64,000 nt of DNA from Minisyncoccota bacterium (GTDB lineage Bacteria > Patescibacteriota > Minisyncoccia > Phycocordibacterales > DATDSR01). The stretch is from NCBI GenBank assembly GCA_036517655.1, contig DATDVE010000013.1:28364-92363 (forward strand), read 5' to 3'. This document shows, one piece after another, positions 28,586 to 37,486 of this stretch. Position 1 is the first letter of the stretch. The number at the start of each line of letters is the position of its first letter. The notes under the pieces are model-generated. The model was not told where the DNA came from, searched no databases, and saw only the letters and a program-made list of their open reading frames with translations. Made by a program: the position numbers and the translations under genes.

Positions 28586-29790
28586 AAAAAATAGTCAGTC
28601 TCTGCAAAAGAAGGGGCTTCGTCTTCCCAGACTCGGAAATTTACGGCGGGCTTTCTGGTTTCTACTCTTACGGTCACCTAGGTAACGAGCTTTTACACAA
28701 CATTAAGAATCTTTGGTGGCAGAAGTTTGTTTACGGCAGAGAAGATGTATTTGGAGTACGAACACCCATCGTCATGAATCCCAAGGTTTGGGAAGCGGCT
28801 GGACACGTACAAAATTTTACTGATCCACTTGAGGGTGGCAAGTTTAATACTATGTTCAAGACAGAAGTAGGTGCGCGCAAAGATGAGACCACCACGGCAT
28901 ACCTACGACCAGAGACAGCTCAAGGCATGTTTGCCAACTTTAAAACCCTGCTCGATACAACCAGAGGCAGTTTGCCCATGGGGGTGGCCCAAATCGGAAA
29001 GGCTTTTAGGAACGAGATATCGCCCAGAGACTTTATTTTCAGACTGCGCGAATTTGAGCAGATGGAAATTGAATACTTTATCAAGCCAAATGATTGGCAG
29101 AGTATATTTGAGCAGTGGCGCGTGGCCATGCACGAATTCTTCACTTTACTTGGTTTGCCTAAGGTGCATGAGCTTGAAGTTCCAGATGGTGATAGAGCTC
29201 ACTACTCGAAGCGCACAATTGATTTCGAGTTCGAGTATTCTATCGGCAGACGCGAGATTGCTGGCCTTGCGTATCGTACAGATTTTGATCTCTCATCGCA
29301 CGCCAAGTATTCTGGCGCTGACTTGAGCTTCTATGACGAAGAGACGAAAGAACGATTTATTCCCCATGTTATTGAACCATCGTTCGGCGTTGAGAGGATA
29401 TTACTTGCAATACTCGATTGTGCCTATACAGAAGATGAGTTAGGTGGCGAGAAAAGGATTTACTTAAAACTTGCGCCCAAGATCGCTCCCATTAAAGTTG
29501 CTGTGTTCCCCCTGCTCAAGAATAAGCCAGAGCTAGTTGCTAAAGCCCGCGAAATTTATAAAAACCTAAAAACCTATAACCTATCACCTATAACCTGCAT
29601 CTTTGACGACAATGGCAATATCGGCAAACGATATCGCCGGCAAGACGAGATCGGCACGCCTTTCTGCGTCACTGTAGATTTCCAAACCCTGGACGATCAA
29701 ACCATAACAGTCAGGCATCGCGACAGCGGTATACAGGATCGTCTCGCTTCGGCCGAACTCCCCGCTTTTATTCTCGAGAAAATAAAATGA
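28564..29790 (+). CDS. glyQS: Glycine--tRNA ligase, alpha2 (homodimeric) type
   Basis: KRRGF, YLRPETAQG, FRNEISPR, HVIEPSFG and IGKRYRRQDEIGTP motifs. Confidence 0.97.
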   Translation: MEQNSKLEKIVSLCKRRGFVFPDSEIYGGLSGFYSYGHLGNELLHNIKNLWWQKFVYGREDVFGVRTPIVMNPKVWEAAGHVQNFTDPLEGGKFNTMFKTEVGARKDETTTAYLRPETAQGMFANFKTLLDTTRGSLPMGVAQIGKAFRNEISPRDFIFRLREFEQMEIEYFIKPNDWQSIFEQWRVAMHEFFTLLGLPKVHELEVPDGDRAHYSKRTIDFEFEYSIGRREIAGLAYRTDFDLSSHAKYSGADLSFYDEETKERFIPHVIEPSFGVERILLAILDCAYTEDELGGEKRIYLKLAPKIAPIKVAVFPLLKNKPELVAKAREIYKNLKTYNLSPITCIFDDNGNIGKRYRRQDEIGTPFCVTVDFQTLDDQTITVRHRDSGIQDRLASAELPAFILEKIK

Positions 29791-30848
29791 ACGAACCACA
29801 GAGAATAATAGTTACCCCCAGTCTTTCCGGCATCATCAAAGTGGCGGTTGTCGCTCTTTGTATTGTGGCTCTCTTTCTCGTCCGCAACGTAATTCTTATC
29901 ATGCTTACTTCTCTTGTCATAGCTTCTGCCATCGAGCCCGGGGTTAAGGGACTTACCAAGAAGGGGTTGCCCCGTGTGGTATCAGTCCTACTCATATATC
30001 TGCTCTTTGCCCTTATCTTCTTCATCTTCACACTCATCTTCATCCCACCGATGCTGTCGGAAGTTTCTAATCTTTCTGTTGTCTTGCCGGGGTATCTTGA
30101 GAGTGTGAATGTTTCCGATGTTATCCCGGACATTATCCCCGGAGGGGACTTAGTCGGCGGTGAGTTGGTAGATACTTTCTCGATCAGATCCGGTATCGAG
30201 CAGTTGCAGAGTGCTCTTGCTGGGTTGTCCAAAGGATTTCTCCACACAGCTTCGACTATCTTCGGTGGTGCGCTCTCGGCCATGCTTGTATTGGTGATCT
30301 CATTTTATCTTGCTGTGGAAGAACGGGGGATAGAGACATTCTTGCGCGTAGTTACTCCAATACAGAAAGAGAATTATGCCATCAATCTCTGGAAGCGGAC
30401 ACAGGAGAAAATTGGTCTCTGGCTCCAGGGGCAGCTCTTGCTCGCTGTCATTGTGGGCGTGCTTGTCTACTTGGGCCTCTTCATATTGCAAGTGCCGTAC
30501 GCTACTTCGCTTGCAGCTCTTGCCGCTCTGCTCGAGATTATTCCGATTTTTGGCCCGATCATAGCGGCCATACCGGCTATCATAATCGCTTTCTCGATTA
30601 GCCCCACTCTTGGTCTAATGGTCGTGGGCCTCTATGTCATAATCCAGCAATTCGAGAATCACCTTATCTATCCCTTAGTTGTGACCAAGATCGTAGGTAT
30701 ACCACCTATCATCGTAATTGTGGCTCTGCTTGCTGGCGGTCAGCTTGCCGGGATATTGGGCTTCTTGCTTGCTATCCCGCTTACAACCGTCTTGGTCGAA
30801 CTTTTCAACGATCTAGAGAAGCACAAGTTGGCTGCACAAAAGACTTAA
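29787..30848 (+). CDS. AI-2E family transporter
   Basis: Multi-TM; IP.FGP and QQFENHLIYP motifs. Confidence 0.9.
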   Translation: MNEPQRIIVTPSLSGIIKVAVVALCIVALFLVRNVILIMLTSLVIASAIEPGVKGLTKKGLPRVVSVLLIYLLFALIFFIFTLIFIPPMLSEVSNLSVVLPGYLESVNVSDVIPDIIPGGDLVGGELVDTFSIRSGIEQLQSALAGLSKGFLHTASTIFGGALSAMLVLVISFYLAVEERGIETFLRVVTPIQKENYAINLWKRTQEKIGLWLQGQLLLAVIVGVLVYLGLFILQVPYATSLAALAALLEIIPIFGPIIAAIPAIIIAFSISPTLGLMVVGLYVIIQQFENHLIYPLVVTKIVGIPPIIVIVALLAGGQLAGILGFLLAIPLTTVLVELFNDLEKHKLAAQKT

Positions 30849-32269
30849 TGTCCGATAAGTTCTACATCACAACTACTACGCCATATGTAAACGGCGACCC
30901 GCATATTGGGTTCGCGCGTGAGATTGTTGTAGCAGACGCTATCGCTCGCTTCAGGAAAATTATGGGCGACGAAGTGCGCTTCAACACTGGCACTGACGAG
31001 CACGGACAGAAAATATTTGAGAAGGCTCGAGAAGAAGGTCTAGAGCCCAGAGATTATGTAGATAAACTTGCGCCCAGATTCGCGGCGCTCAAGAGTCCGC
31101 TTGATCTCTCGTTTACTGATTTCTCGCGCACATCAAGTGAGCAACACAAGGTGGCTGCACAGGAGATGTGGAAGCGGTGCAATAAGAACGGTTATATCTA
31201 TAAAGGCAAGCACAAAATTAAATATTGCATAGGCTGTGAGCTAGAGAAGACAGATTCAGAACTTGACAGTGACAAGTGCCCAATTCATCCCAATCGCGAA
31301 TTAGAAAAAAGAGAAGAAGAAAACTACTTTTTCAAGTTTTCTAAACTTGCTCCCAAATTGCTTGAGCTGTACAAAGATAATCCAGAATTTGTGAGGCCAG
31401 ATTTCAGGATGACAGAGATCAGAACTTTCGTAGAGCGAGGCTTGCAAGATTTCTCTATCTCGCGACTTAAGTCAAAAATGAGTTGGGGAGTGCCAGTGCC
31501 CGACGATCCAGAACATGTTATGTACGTATGGTTCGACGCCCTCGTAATATATATTTCTCCCTTGGGTTGGCCAGAAGATGAGAATATGGGTGGCTGGTGG
31601 CCCGGCATGCAAGTCTGTGGCAAGGACAATCTTCGCCAGCAGACGGCCATGTGGCAAGCTATGCTCATAGCAGCCGGACTACCTGCTTCAACCCAGGTGC
31701 TTGTTTTTGGTTTTATAACTGGCGATGGGGGTATCAAAATGAGTAAGAGCTTGGGTAATGTTGTTGATCCCGTGGCTTTGGTAAATGATTGGGGGACAGA
31801 TGCTGTTCGCTATTTCCTGTTGCGCGAGCTTAGTTTGTGGGAAGATAGCCCGTTTACGCCCGAGCGCTTCAAAGAAGCATATAACGCTAACCTGGCAAAC
31901 GGCCTGGGGAATCTTGCGTCGAGAATTATGAAAATGGCGGAGGTAAATCTAGATACGCCGGTTAAAATTCCCGATAACTCTCTACCAGACGATTATAAAA
32001 AGTTAATGGACGAGTTTGGATTGCAGAAGGCAGCTGATTATATCTGGACTGAAATTGGCAGACTAGACACTCTCATCCAATCAAGTGAGCCATTCAAGTT
32101 AGTTAAGAGCGACCCAGAGAAGGGAAAAGAATTAATTCAAGAGTTGGTGGTGGACCTCTATACAATTGCCAGCATGTTAAACCCGTTCATACCAGAAACA
32201 GCGCAAGCGATCAAAGACGCAGTGAAGGGAAACAAGAGTTTTACTAAGCCACTTTTCCCTCGTAAATAA
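30848..32269 (+). CDS. metG: Methionine--tRNA ligase
   Basis: PYVNGDPHIG, GTDEHGQK, YVWFDAL and KMSKS motifs. Confidence 0.97.
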   Translation: MSDKFYITTTTPYVNGDPHIGFAREIVVADAIARFRKIMGDEVRFNTGTDEHGQKIFEKAREEGLEPRDYVDKLAPRFAALKSPLDLSFTDFSRTSSEQHKVAAQEMWKRCNKNGYIYKGKHKIKYCIGCELEKTDSELDSDKCPIHPNRELEKREEENYFFKFSKLAPKLLELYKDNPEFVRPDFRMTEIRTFVERGLQDFSISRLKSKMSWGVPVPDDPEHVMYVWFDALVIYISPLGWPEDENMGGWWPGMQVCGKDNLRQQTAMWQAMLIAAGLPASTQVLVFGFITGDGGIKMSKSLGNVVDPVALVNDWGTDAVRYFLLRELSLWEDSPFTPERFKEAYNANLANGLGNLASRIMKMAEVNLDTPVKIPDNSLPDDYKKLMDEFGLQKAADYIWTEIGRLDTLIQSSEPFKLVKSDPEKGKELIQELVVDLYTIASMLNPFIPETAQAIKDAVKGNKSFTKPLFPRK

Positions 32270-32716
32270 CTCACCCGGACTAAAGTCTCGACCTCTCTTA
32301 TAAACAAGAGAGGTAAAAAACAGAATCGTGAACAAATTTTTGGCGAACAATAAAATTCTGAAGAACCGCAGAAGGGAATTGCGCAGGAATCAGACTGAGG
32401 CCGAAAAGATTATGTGGGCATACCTTAGGGGTAAACAAATTGGGGTCCGTTTCTTGCGTCAATACAGTCTGGGTCCTTACATTATTGACTTCTATTGTCC
32501 TAGGATCAAACTTGCTGTAGAGTTAGATGGTCCCGTCCACGATTTACCAGTAAGTCAGGAGTATGATAGAGAAAGAGGATTATATTTAGGTAGTCTAGGG
32601 GTGAGGACAGTTAGGTTTAAGAATGCCACAGTAATGAATAATCCAACTAAAATTACAAATAAACTTAAACCTCTCTTATCTATAAGAGAGGTCGAGGCTT
32701 AGGCCCGGGTGAGTTA
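32267..32716. mobile_element. 450-bp element: DUF559 gene between 48-bp terminal inverted repeats
   Basis: Arms 32267-32314 and 32669-32716 match at 42/48 positions; each contains a CCTCTCTT..AAGAGAGG hairpin. Confidence 0.8.
32328..32702 (+). CDS. DUF559 (Vsr-like PD-(D/E)xK) endonuclease
   Basis: RELRRNQTEAE..W..LR, FLRQ, YIIDFYC, VELDG..H, YD..R and VRF.N. Confidence 0.92.
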   Translation: MNKFLANNKILKNRRRELRRNQTEAEKIMWAYLRGKQIGVRFLRQYSLGPYIIDFYCPRIKLAVELDGPVHDLPVSQEYDRERGLYLGSLGVRTVRFKNATVMNNPTKITNKLKPLLSIREVEA

Positions 32717-33477
32717 TGATCATCGACGTACATAGTCACTTAAACGACGAGCAGTTTGAGTCTGATCTGCCCGAAACTGTGGCCCGCATGAAGGGGGCGG
32801 GGGTGTCTACTATTGTGGTAGGCACTGATCTTGCCACCTCACGCAGAGCCCTCGATGTGGCTAAGATGTACGGCCTATGGGCGACTATCGGCCAGCATCC
32901 AACGGATAACGTGGAAGAGAACTTCGACGAGGCGGCTTATGCTGAACTTGCTAAAAATAAGGAAGTGGTTGCCATCGGTGAGTGTGGACTCGACTTTTTC
33001 CTAGACAAGAGTGATGAGGGGCATGCAAGACAAGAGAAACTTTTTCATCTTCATCTTGAACTTTCTGCCAAAACAGGTAAGCCCTTAATGATTCACTCAC
33101 GAGGCGCGTACGAAAAAATATCCGTTAATCTGGCCACCAACATTCGCTTGCTCCCGTCCACCCCCGGCAATGTGCACTTTTTCACCGGTTCGTGGGTAGA
33201 TGCAAAAAGATTACTGGACCTTGGATTCACAATTTCATTCCCTGGAGTTATTACTTTTACCAGTGATTATGACGAAGTCATAAAGAATGTGCCTAAGGAT
33301 ATGTTCATGGTTGAGACAGATTCTCCCTTTGCTGCTCCGGTGCCCTATAGAGGTAAGCGCAACGAACCGGCCTATGTGGTGGAAATTGTTAAAAAGATCG
33401 CCGAATTGCGTGGCATGAGCCCAGAGAAAGTAGCCGAGCTAAGTTTGGCTACTGCCAAACGCGTATTTGCCTTGTAG
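32716..33477 (+). CDS. tatD: TatD-family DNase
   Basis: DVHSH, GECGLD, IHSR, ETDSP and RGKRNEP motifs. Confidence 0.93.
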   Translation: MIIDVHSHLNDEQFESDLPETVARMKGAGVSTIVVGTDLATSRRALDVAKMYGLWATIGQHPTDNVEENFDEAAYAELAKNKEVVAIGECGLDFFLDKSDEGHARQEKLFHLHLELSAKTGKPLMIHSRGAYEKISVNLATNIRLLPSTPGNVHFFTGSWVDAKRLLDLGFTISFPGVITFTSDYDEVIKNVPKDMFMVETDSPFAAPVPYRGKRNEPAYVVEIVKKIAELRGMSPEKVAELSLATAKRVFAL

Positions 33478-33505
33478 AGGGCGATCTGCTAATATTGCCC
33501 CACGT

Positions 33506-33976
33506 ATGGATGATAAGGATTTGGATAACGAAAGGGAGAAGAGCTTGTACGAACTTGCCTATATTCTCGAGCCAGAATTGGACGAGCAGGCTTCCCAACA
33601 GGAACTAGCCAGGATTAGCTCGGTCATCGAGAAGCACGGTGGCGCGACTGTGCTATCAGAAAGTCCTAAGCTACGAGGGCTAGCCTACACCATAGAGCGA
33701 TCGGGGGGCGACAAGAAAAGGAAGTTTAATCAGGGTTATTTCGGTTGGATGAAGTTTAATATCGTAGGTTCTATCCTGCCGGAATTGGAGAAGGATCTTG
33801 CGCATGATTCGCATATAATTCGGCATCTAGTAATGCACGCCACTCTGGCTTCTGCTTCTCCCATCCGCAGGGTTCCTCGCAAAATTACACCTGACGTGCC
33901 AGTTGAAAAAGCGAGTGAGGCTGAAATAGATAAGGAAGTAGAGAAACTAATCGAGAGTACAACTGTGGCCATATAA
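33506..33976 (+). CDS. rpsF: 30S ribosomal protein S6
   Basis: YELAYIL.P, LAYTI and IIRHL motifs; rpsF-ssb-rpsR synteny; ATG 33506. Confidence 0.88.
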   Translation: MDDKDLDNEREKSLYELAYILEPELDEQASQQELARISSVIEKHGGATVLSESPKLRGLAYTIERSGGDKKRKFNQGYFGWMKFNIVGSILPELEKDLAHDSHIIRHLVMHATLASASPIRRVPRKITPDVPVEKASEAEIDKEVEKLIESTTVAI

Positions 33977-33983
33977 TTATGTA

Positions 33984-34063
33984 TCCCATTAGAAGTCTAT
34001 CTAAATAATGTCACTTAACATGTCGAACCCATTTGCTATAATCGTAAGTAACTTCTAACGGGA
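33984..34063 (+). mobile_element. ~80-bp MITE-like element inserted at the ssb start codon
   Basis: TIR TCCCATTAGAAGT/ACTTCTAACGGGA; ATGTA at 33979-33983 and 34063-34067; TGCTATAAT at 34034-34042. Confidence 0.85.
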
Positions 34064-34524
34064 TGTACCTGAACAAAGCAATTGTAATAGGCAATCTCAC
34101 TCGCGATCCAGAATTGCGGGCACTGCCATCTGGTGTCGCAGTAGTTACGATGGCCGTGGCCACAAATAGGGTTTGGAAGGATCGTGATGGCAACAAGAAA
34201 GAAGATACCCAATATCACAATATAGTTGTCTTTGGCAAACAGGCCGAGACGGCTGCCCAATATCTCAAGAAGGGTCAATCTGTTCTCGTCGAGGGCCGAA
34301 TGCAGACCCGCAGTTGGGATGATAAGAGTTCCGGCGAAAAAAAGTATCGCACTGAGATCGTGGCCGACCGTGTGCAATTCGGTCCCAAATCAGGCGCCGG
34401 TGGTGCGGGAGGTGGGACCGGTCAGAGTGCGAGCGCGCCTAGTTCTGTGAAGGGCGCACAGGAGCCAATGGGCGAGATAGATTATCCAAATGAGAACATT
34501 AACCCTGAAGACATCCCATTTTAA
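34063..34524 (+). CDS. ssb: Single-stranded DNA-binding protein
   Basis: NKAIVIGNLTRDPE and DIPF tail. Confidence 0.98.
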   Translation: MYLNKAIVIGNLTRDPELRALPSGVAVVTMAVATNRVWKDRDGNKKEDTQYHNIVVFGKQAETAAQYLKKGQSVLVEGRMQTRSWDDKSSGEKKYRTEIVADRVQFGPKSGAGGAGGGTGQSASAPSSVKGAQEPMGEIDYPNENINPEDIPF

Positions 34525-34527
34525 TTT

Positions 34528-34725
34528 ATGCAATGCTATTTCTGTACAAATAACGCTACCCACATAGATTACAAGGACCTGGAGACTCTCAAGAAGTTTC
34601 TAGATCAATACGCGCGAATCTCTCGCAAGCGCACAACCGGAGTCTGTTCCCTCCACCAGAGGAAACTAGCCCGAGCAATCAAACACGCCCGCTTCATGGC
34701 ACTCCTACCATTTGTGGCATCATAA
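34528..34725 (+). CDS. rpsR: 30S ribosomal protein S18 (Zn-binding form)
   Basis: CYFC, IDYKD, TGVC..HQR and AIK.AR..ALLP motifs. Confidence 0.96.
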   Translation: MQCYFCTNNATHIDYKDLETLKKFLDQYARISRKRTTGVCSLHQRKLARAIKHARFMALLPFVAS

Positions 34726-34781
34726 CTCACCCAACCCTCTCTCATAGATAAGAGAGGGCGAGACGGAGTCCGGGTGAGTTA
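34723..34781. mobile_element. 59-bp miniature of the DUF559 element between rpsR and efp
   Basis: Nearly identical to 4283-4341; both terminal TAA/TTA triplets serve as stop codons. Confidence 0.85.
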
Positions 34782-35339
34782 GACCCTCGAAACATACTCA
34801 CCAGTTTCAGTGTTGATCACGATAATATCATTCTCATTGACAAACAATGGCGCGTTCACCTGTGCTCCTGTTTCTAGAACTACTACTTTAGTGCCGCCCT
34901 GAGCTGTGTTGCCGCGGGTAGATGGCGGCGCTTCGGTTACTTTGAGCTCTACTTTGATGGGCATCTTTACTCCCAGCAACTTTTCTTCAAACTCTATCAA
35001 ATCTACCAGCATATTCGCCTTCAAGAATTTGCCCGAGTCGCCGATTTTATCAGAGGGGAGCTCAAATCTTTGGGCAGGGTTATTGGGCTCACAGAACCAA
35101 TATTCACCTTTATTCTCGTAGATAAACTTGGCGGGACGAGTTTCTATCTCTGCCTCTTCGACCTTCTCACTTTGATGAAAAGAATTTTCGGCTACTTTGC
35201 CCGTCATTAAATTGCGCAATTTAGTGTCATTAACAGGCTTGCGCTGTTGCTTGCGAAAGACGTGGCTTGAGAGCACTTCGTATGGGGTGCCACCCAAGAC
35301 GATGAACTTGCCTGGTTTGACTTCGTTATATTCAAGCAT
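34779..35339 (-). CDS. efp: Elongation factor P
   Basis: KLRNL.TG, P.KVELKV.E.PP..RGNT, LETG and NTETGEYVSR motifs. Confidence 0.95.
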   Translation of the reverse strand: MLEYNEVKPGKFIVLGGTPYEVLSSHVFRKQQRKPVNDTKLRNLMTGKVAENSFHQSEKVEEAEIETRPAKFIYENKGEYWFCEPNNPAQRFELPSDKIGDSGKFLKANMLVDLIEFEEKLLGVKMPIKVELKVTEAPPSTRGNTAQGGTKVVVLETGAQVNAPLFVNENDIIVINTETGEYVSRV

Positions 35340-35413
35340 GCGATTATTTTAGCCCTGTAACTTTATATGTTTAACCACCAGTTGTAAAGGGGGCAAGGAC
35401 GCGATAAAGTAAC

Positions 35414-36004
35414 ATGATAGTGCAATATTTAGGCGATGAGATAAAGCAAGAAGAGATGGCGGACGAGGTAATCCTTTCTCGTTCTATGGCGCGCCCCGAA
35501 CTTTTCGGCCTCCTTGTTGACAAGTACCAGGAAGCCTTCGTGCGCAAAGCCAAGCGCATTTTGGGTGATCGACCCGAAGTAGAAGATGTAGTCCAAGAGA
35601 CTTTCACTAAGATCTATCTCTATGGCTCTAAGTTCGAGACACAGGAGGGCGCAAGTTTCTCTTCCTGGGCGTACAAGATTCTTATGAATACAACCTTTAC
35701 CTACTATCAGAAGTTAAAGAAGAGGGGAGAGGCACAAGCGAACGTAGACGAAGAGATACTTGCTCTGGCGCCTGATCACTCACACAGGCAATCAGAGAAA
35801 GATAATTATAAGGACGTAGTCGCCTCCGTCCTCTCCCGTATGCCCGAACCTTTAGCCCGCGTTCTCTCGCTACACTTCCTGGACGACAAACCTCAAGAGC
35901 AAATTGCAGATGAGCTGGGAGTAAGCGTATCGGCAGTCAAGACGCGAGTACATAGGGCCAAGAAAGAGTTCAAAAAGATTAGCGACAGCTTCCAAGTTTT
36001 ATAA
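35414..36004 (+). CDS. ECF RNA polymerase sigma factor
   Basis: EDVVQETF.K, FSSW.YKI and IA..LG.S..AVKTRVHRA; start may instead be 35456. Confidence 0.93.
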   Translation: MIVQYLGDEIKQEEMADEVILSRSMARPELFGLLVDKYQEAFVRKAKRILGDRPEVEDVVQETFTKIYLYGSKFETQEGASFSSWAYKILMNTTFTYYQKLKKRGEAQANVDEEILALAPDHSHRQSEKDNYKDVVASVLSRMPEPLARVLSLHFLDDKPQEQIADELGVSVSAVKTRVHRAKKEFKKISDSFQVL

Positions 36005-36009
36005 AAATT

Positions 36010-36327
36010 ATGATGCAACTCAAAAACAAAATTATGCGCAGGATCTATATTATTTCCTACTTGCGCACGATTCTAGCGCCTCTGCCACTTAAGATATACG
36101 CAAGCGCGCTCATCCTCTGGTCAATAGGAAGGCAAGTCTGGGTCTCAAGAGTCCTTGAGAACGCCCCCGGCACAGATGTCTCGAGTAATCTAAGCTTCTT
36201 CGCGAGCGCCGTCTGGCACGCAGAATTCCTTGTCCAAACTCTGGTCTTAGGTCTCCTAGTCTTAGGCCTCTGGCTCATCAAAGATCTTTTCTCAACCCGA
36301 AGATTAAGTTTTTATCAAAACTTCTAG
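36010..36327 (+). CDS. Small membrane protein, possible anti-sigma factor
   Basis: Two TM segments, directly after the ECF sigma gene. Confidence 0.55.
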   Translation: MMQLKNKIMRRIYIISYLRTILAPLPLKIYASALILWSIGRQVWVSRVLENAPGTDVSSNLSFFASAVWHAEFLVQTLVLGLLVLGLWLIKDLFSTRRLSFYQNF

Positions 36328-36398
36328 CAAATTTGGTTACCTGGTAACCAAGTCCGACCGTATAGGGTTAGTTTGGGTTTACCTGCTATAATTGAGGC

Positions 36399-36986
36399 AT
36401 GAAAAAGAACCTTGTTTTATTGCTTGTAGTTATTGTGCTAATCGTGGGTGCGTTCCTGCTAAACAAGGCAGACAGCACTTCTAGTAAAGACAACAGTTTG
36501 CCTGTACAAGAAATTTCTTACGAGAACACAACCGAATATCAGTGTTATTTCCCCGGCGTGCCGTGTTCCTTCAGATATCCAAGCGACTACGATGTAAGTG
36601 TAGATATTGGTTCGATAATGATTTACAAAGATTCTCCCGAGAGGGCCCTAGGCATTGTTATTGTTGATTCAATCGGATTTATTGACGAAGATACTCCAGC
36701 CCGGACGACCGAGGAGTGGATTCGCTCAGAAGAATTTAAAGACTTCACAATTACGAGTGAAAAAAGAACAATAGGCGGTTACGAAGCCACCAAGTTATTG
36801 GCTATTAGTGATCCAGTACACGCATGGGTATTCCTAACAGATTATGAAATGGAAGTTGAACTAGAATTGCCCGAAGAATTCCCCCCGGTAAAAATCGGCA
36901 TCACAATTTACTCATCATTGGGAGACAGCCAAGAAGAGCATCTAGCAGAAGAGATAGTCCTCTCAAGTTTCAAATTCACCAAGTAA
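36399..36986 (+). CDS. Membrane-anchored PsbP/Mog1-like hypothetical protein
   Basis: N-terminal TM; SFRYP.D, IGG.EA and ILSSFKF-type C-terminus. Confidence 0.6.
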   Translation: MKKNLVLLLVVIVLIVGAFLLNKADSTSSKDNSLPVQEISYENTTEYQCYFPGVPCSFRYPSDYDVSVDIGSIMIYKDSPERALGIVIVDSIGFIDEDTPARTTEEWIRSEEFKDFTITSEKRTIGGYEATKLLAISDPVHAWVFLTDYEMEVELELPEEFPPVKIGITIYSSLGDSQEEHLAEEIVLSSFKFTK

Positions 36987-37025
36987 CTGTTTGATCTTTT
37001 TGATCAGTGATATATACTATTTGGT

Positions 37026-37265
37026 ATGTCAGGAAAGAAACAATTTAAGGTTGTTATAAGGCAGGATGAAGATGGTTTTTTTGTTGGGTCAGTTCCTGCT
37101 TTGCCGGGTTGTCATACTCAAGCCAAAACTCTTCCGGAATTACGCAGGCGGGTGCGTGAGGCTATAAGTCTATGTCTTGAGGTTGCAAAAATTGACAGCA
37201 CGTATCGGCGTAGGATTTCGCTTGGTGAACCATCCTTTGTAGGTCTGGACCTGGTCGAAGTATGA
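37026..37265 (+). CDS. hicB: HicB-family antitoxin
   Basis: DEDG.FV..VP.LPGCHTQA.T..E....REAI. Confidence 0.9.
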   Translation: MSGKKQFKVVIRQDEDGFFVGSVPALPGCHTQAKTLPELRRRVREAISLCLEVAKIDSTYRRRISLGEPSFVGLDLVEV

Positions 37266-37486
37266 GCCATTTGCCCTCGCTTAGATCGAGAGACGTTATT
37301 CGCTTTCTCCACAAACTCGGTTTCGAAGAAGTAAGACAGAAAGGTTCGCACAAATTTTTTAAACATCCGGATGGAAGAACAACTTCTGTACCCGTCCACG
37401 CCGGCGAGAATATTGGTCGAGGATTGTTAAGTGACATTCTCGAAGACATAAGAATGTCTCACGACGAGTTCCTAGATCTCTATTAG
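37262..37486 (+). CDS. hicA: HicA-family mRNA interferase toxin
   Basis: LGF...RQKGSH..F.HPDGR...VP.H. Confidence 0.92.
   Translation: MSHLPSLRSRDVIRFLHKLGFEEVRQKGSHKFFKHPDGRTTSVPVHAGENIGRGLLSDILEDIRMSHDEFLDLY

Noticed and set aside
32267-32716. Classifying the DUF559 element as an IS630/Tc1-type element with TA duplication
   Set aside because: The TA ends are part of the inverted repeat and cannot be told from a duplication without an empty site; no DDE transposase is encoded.
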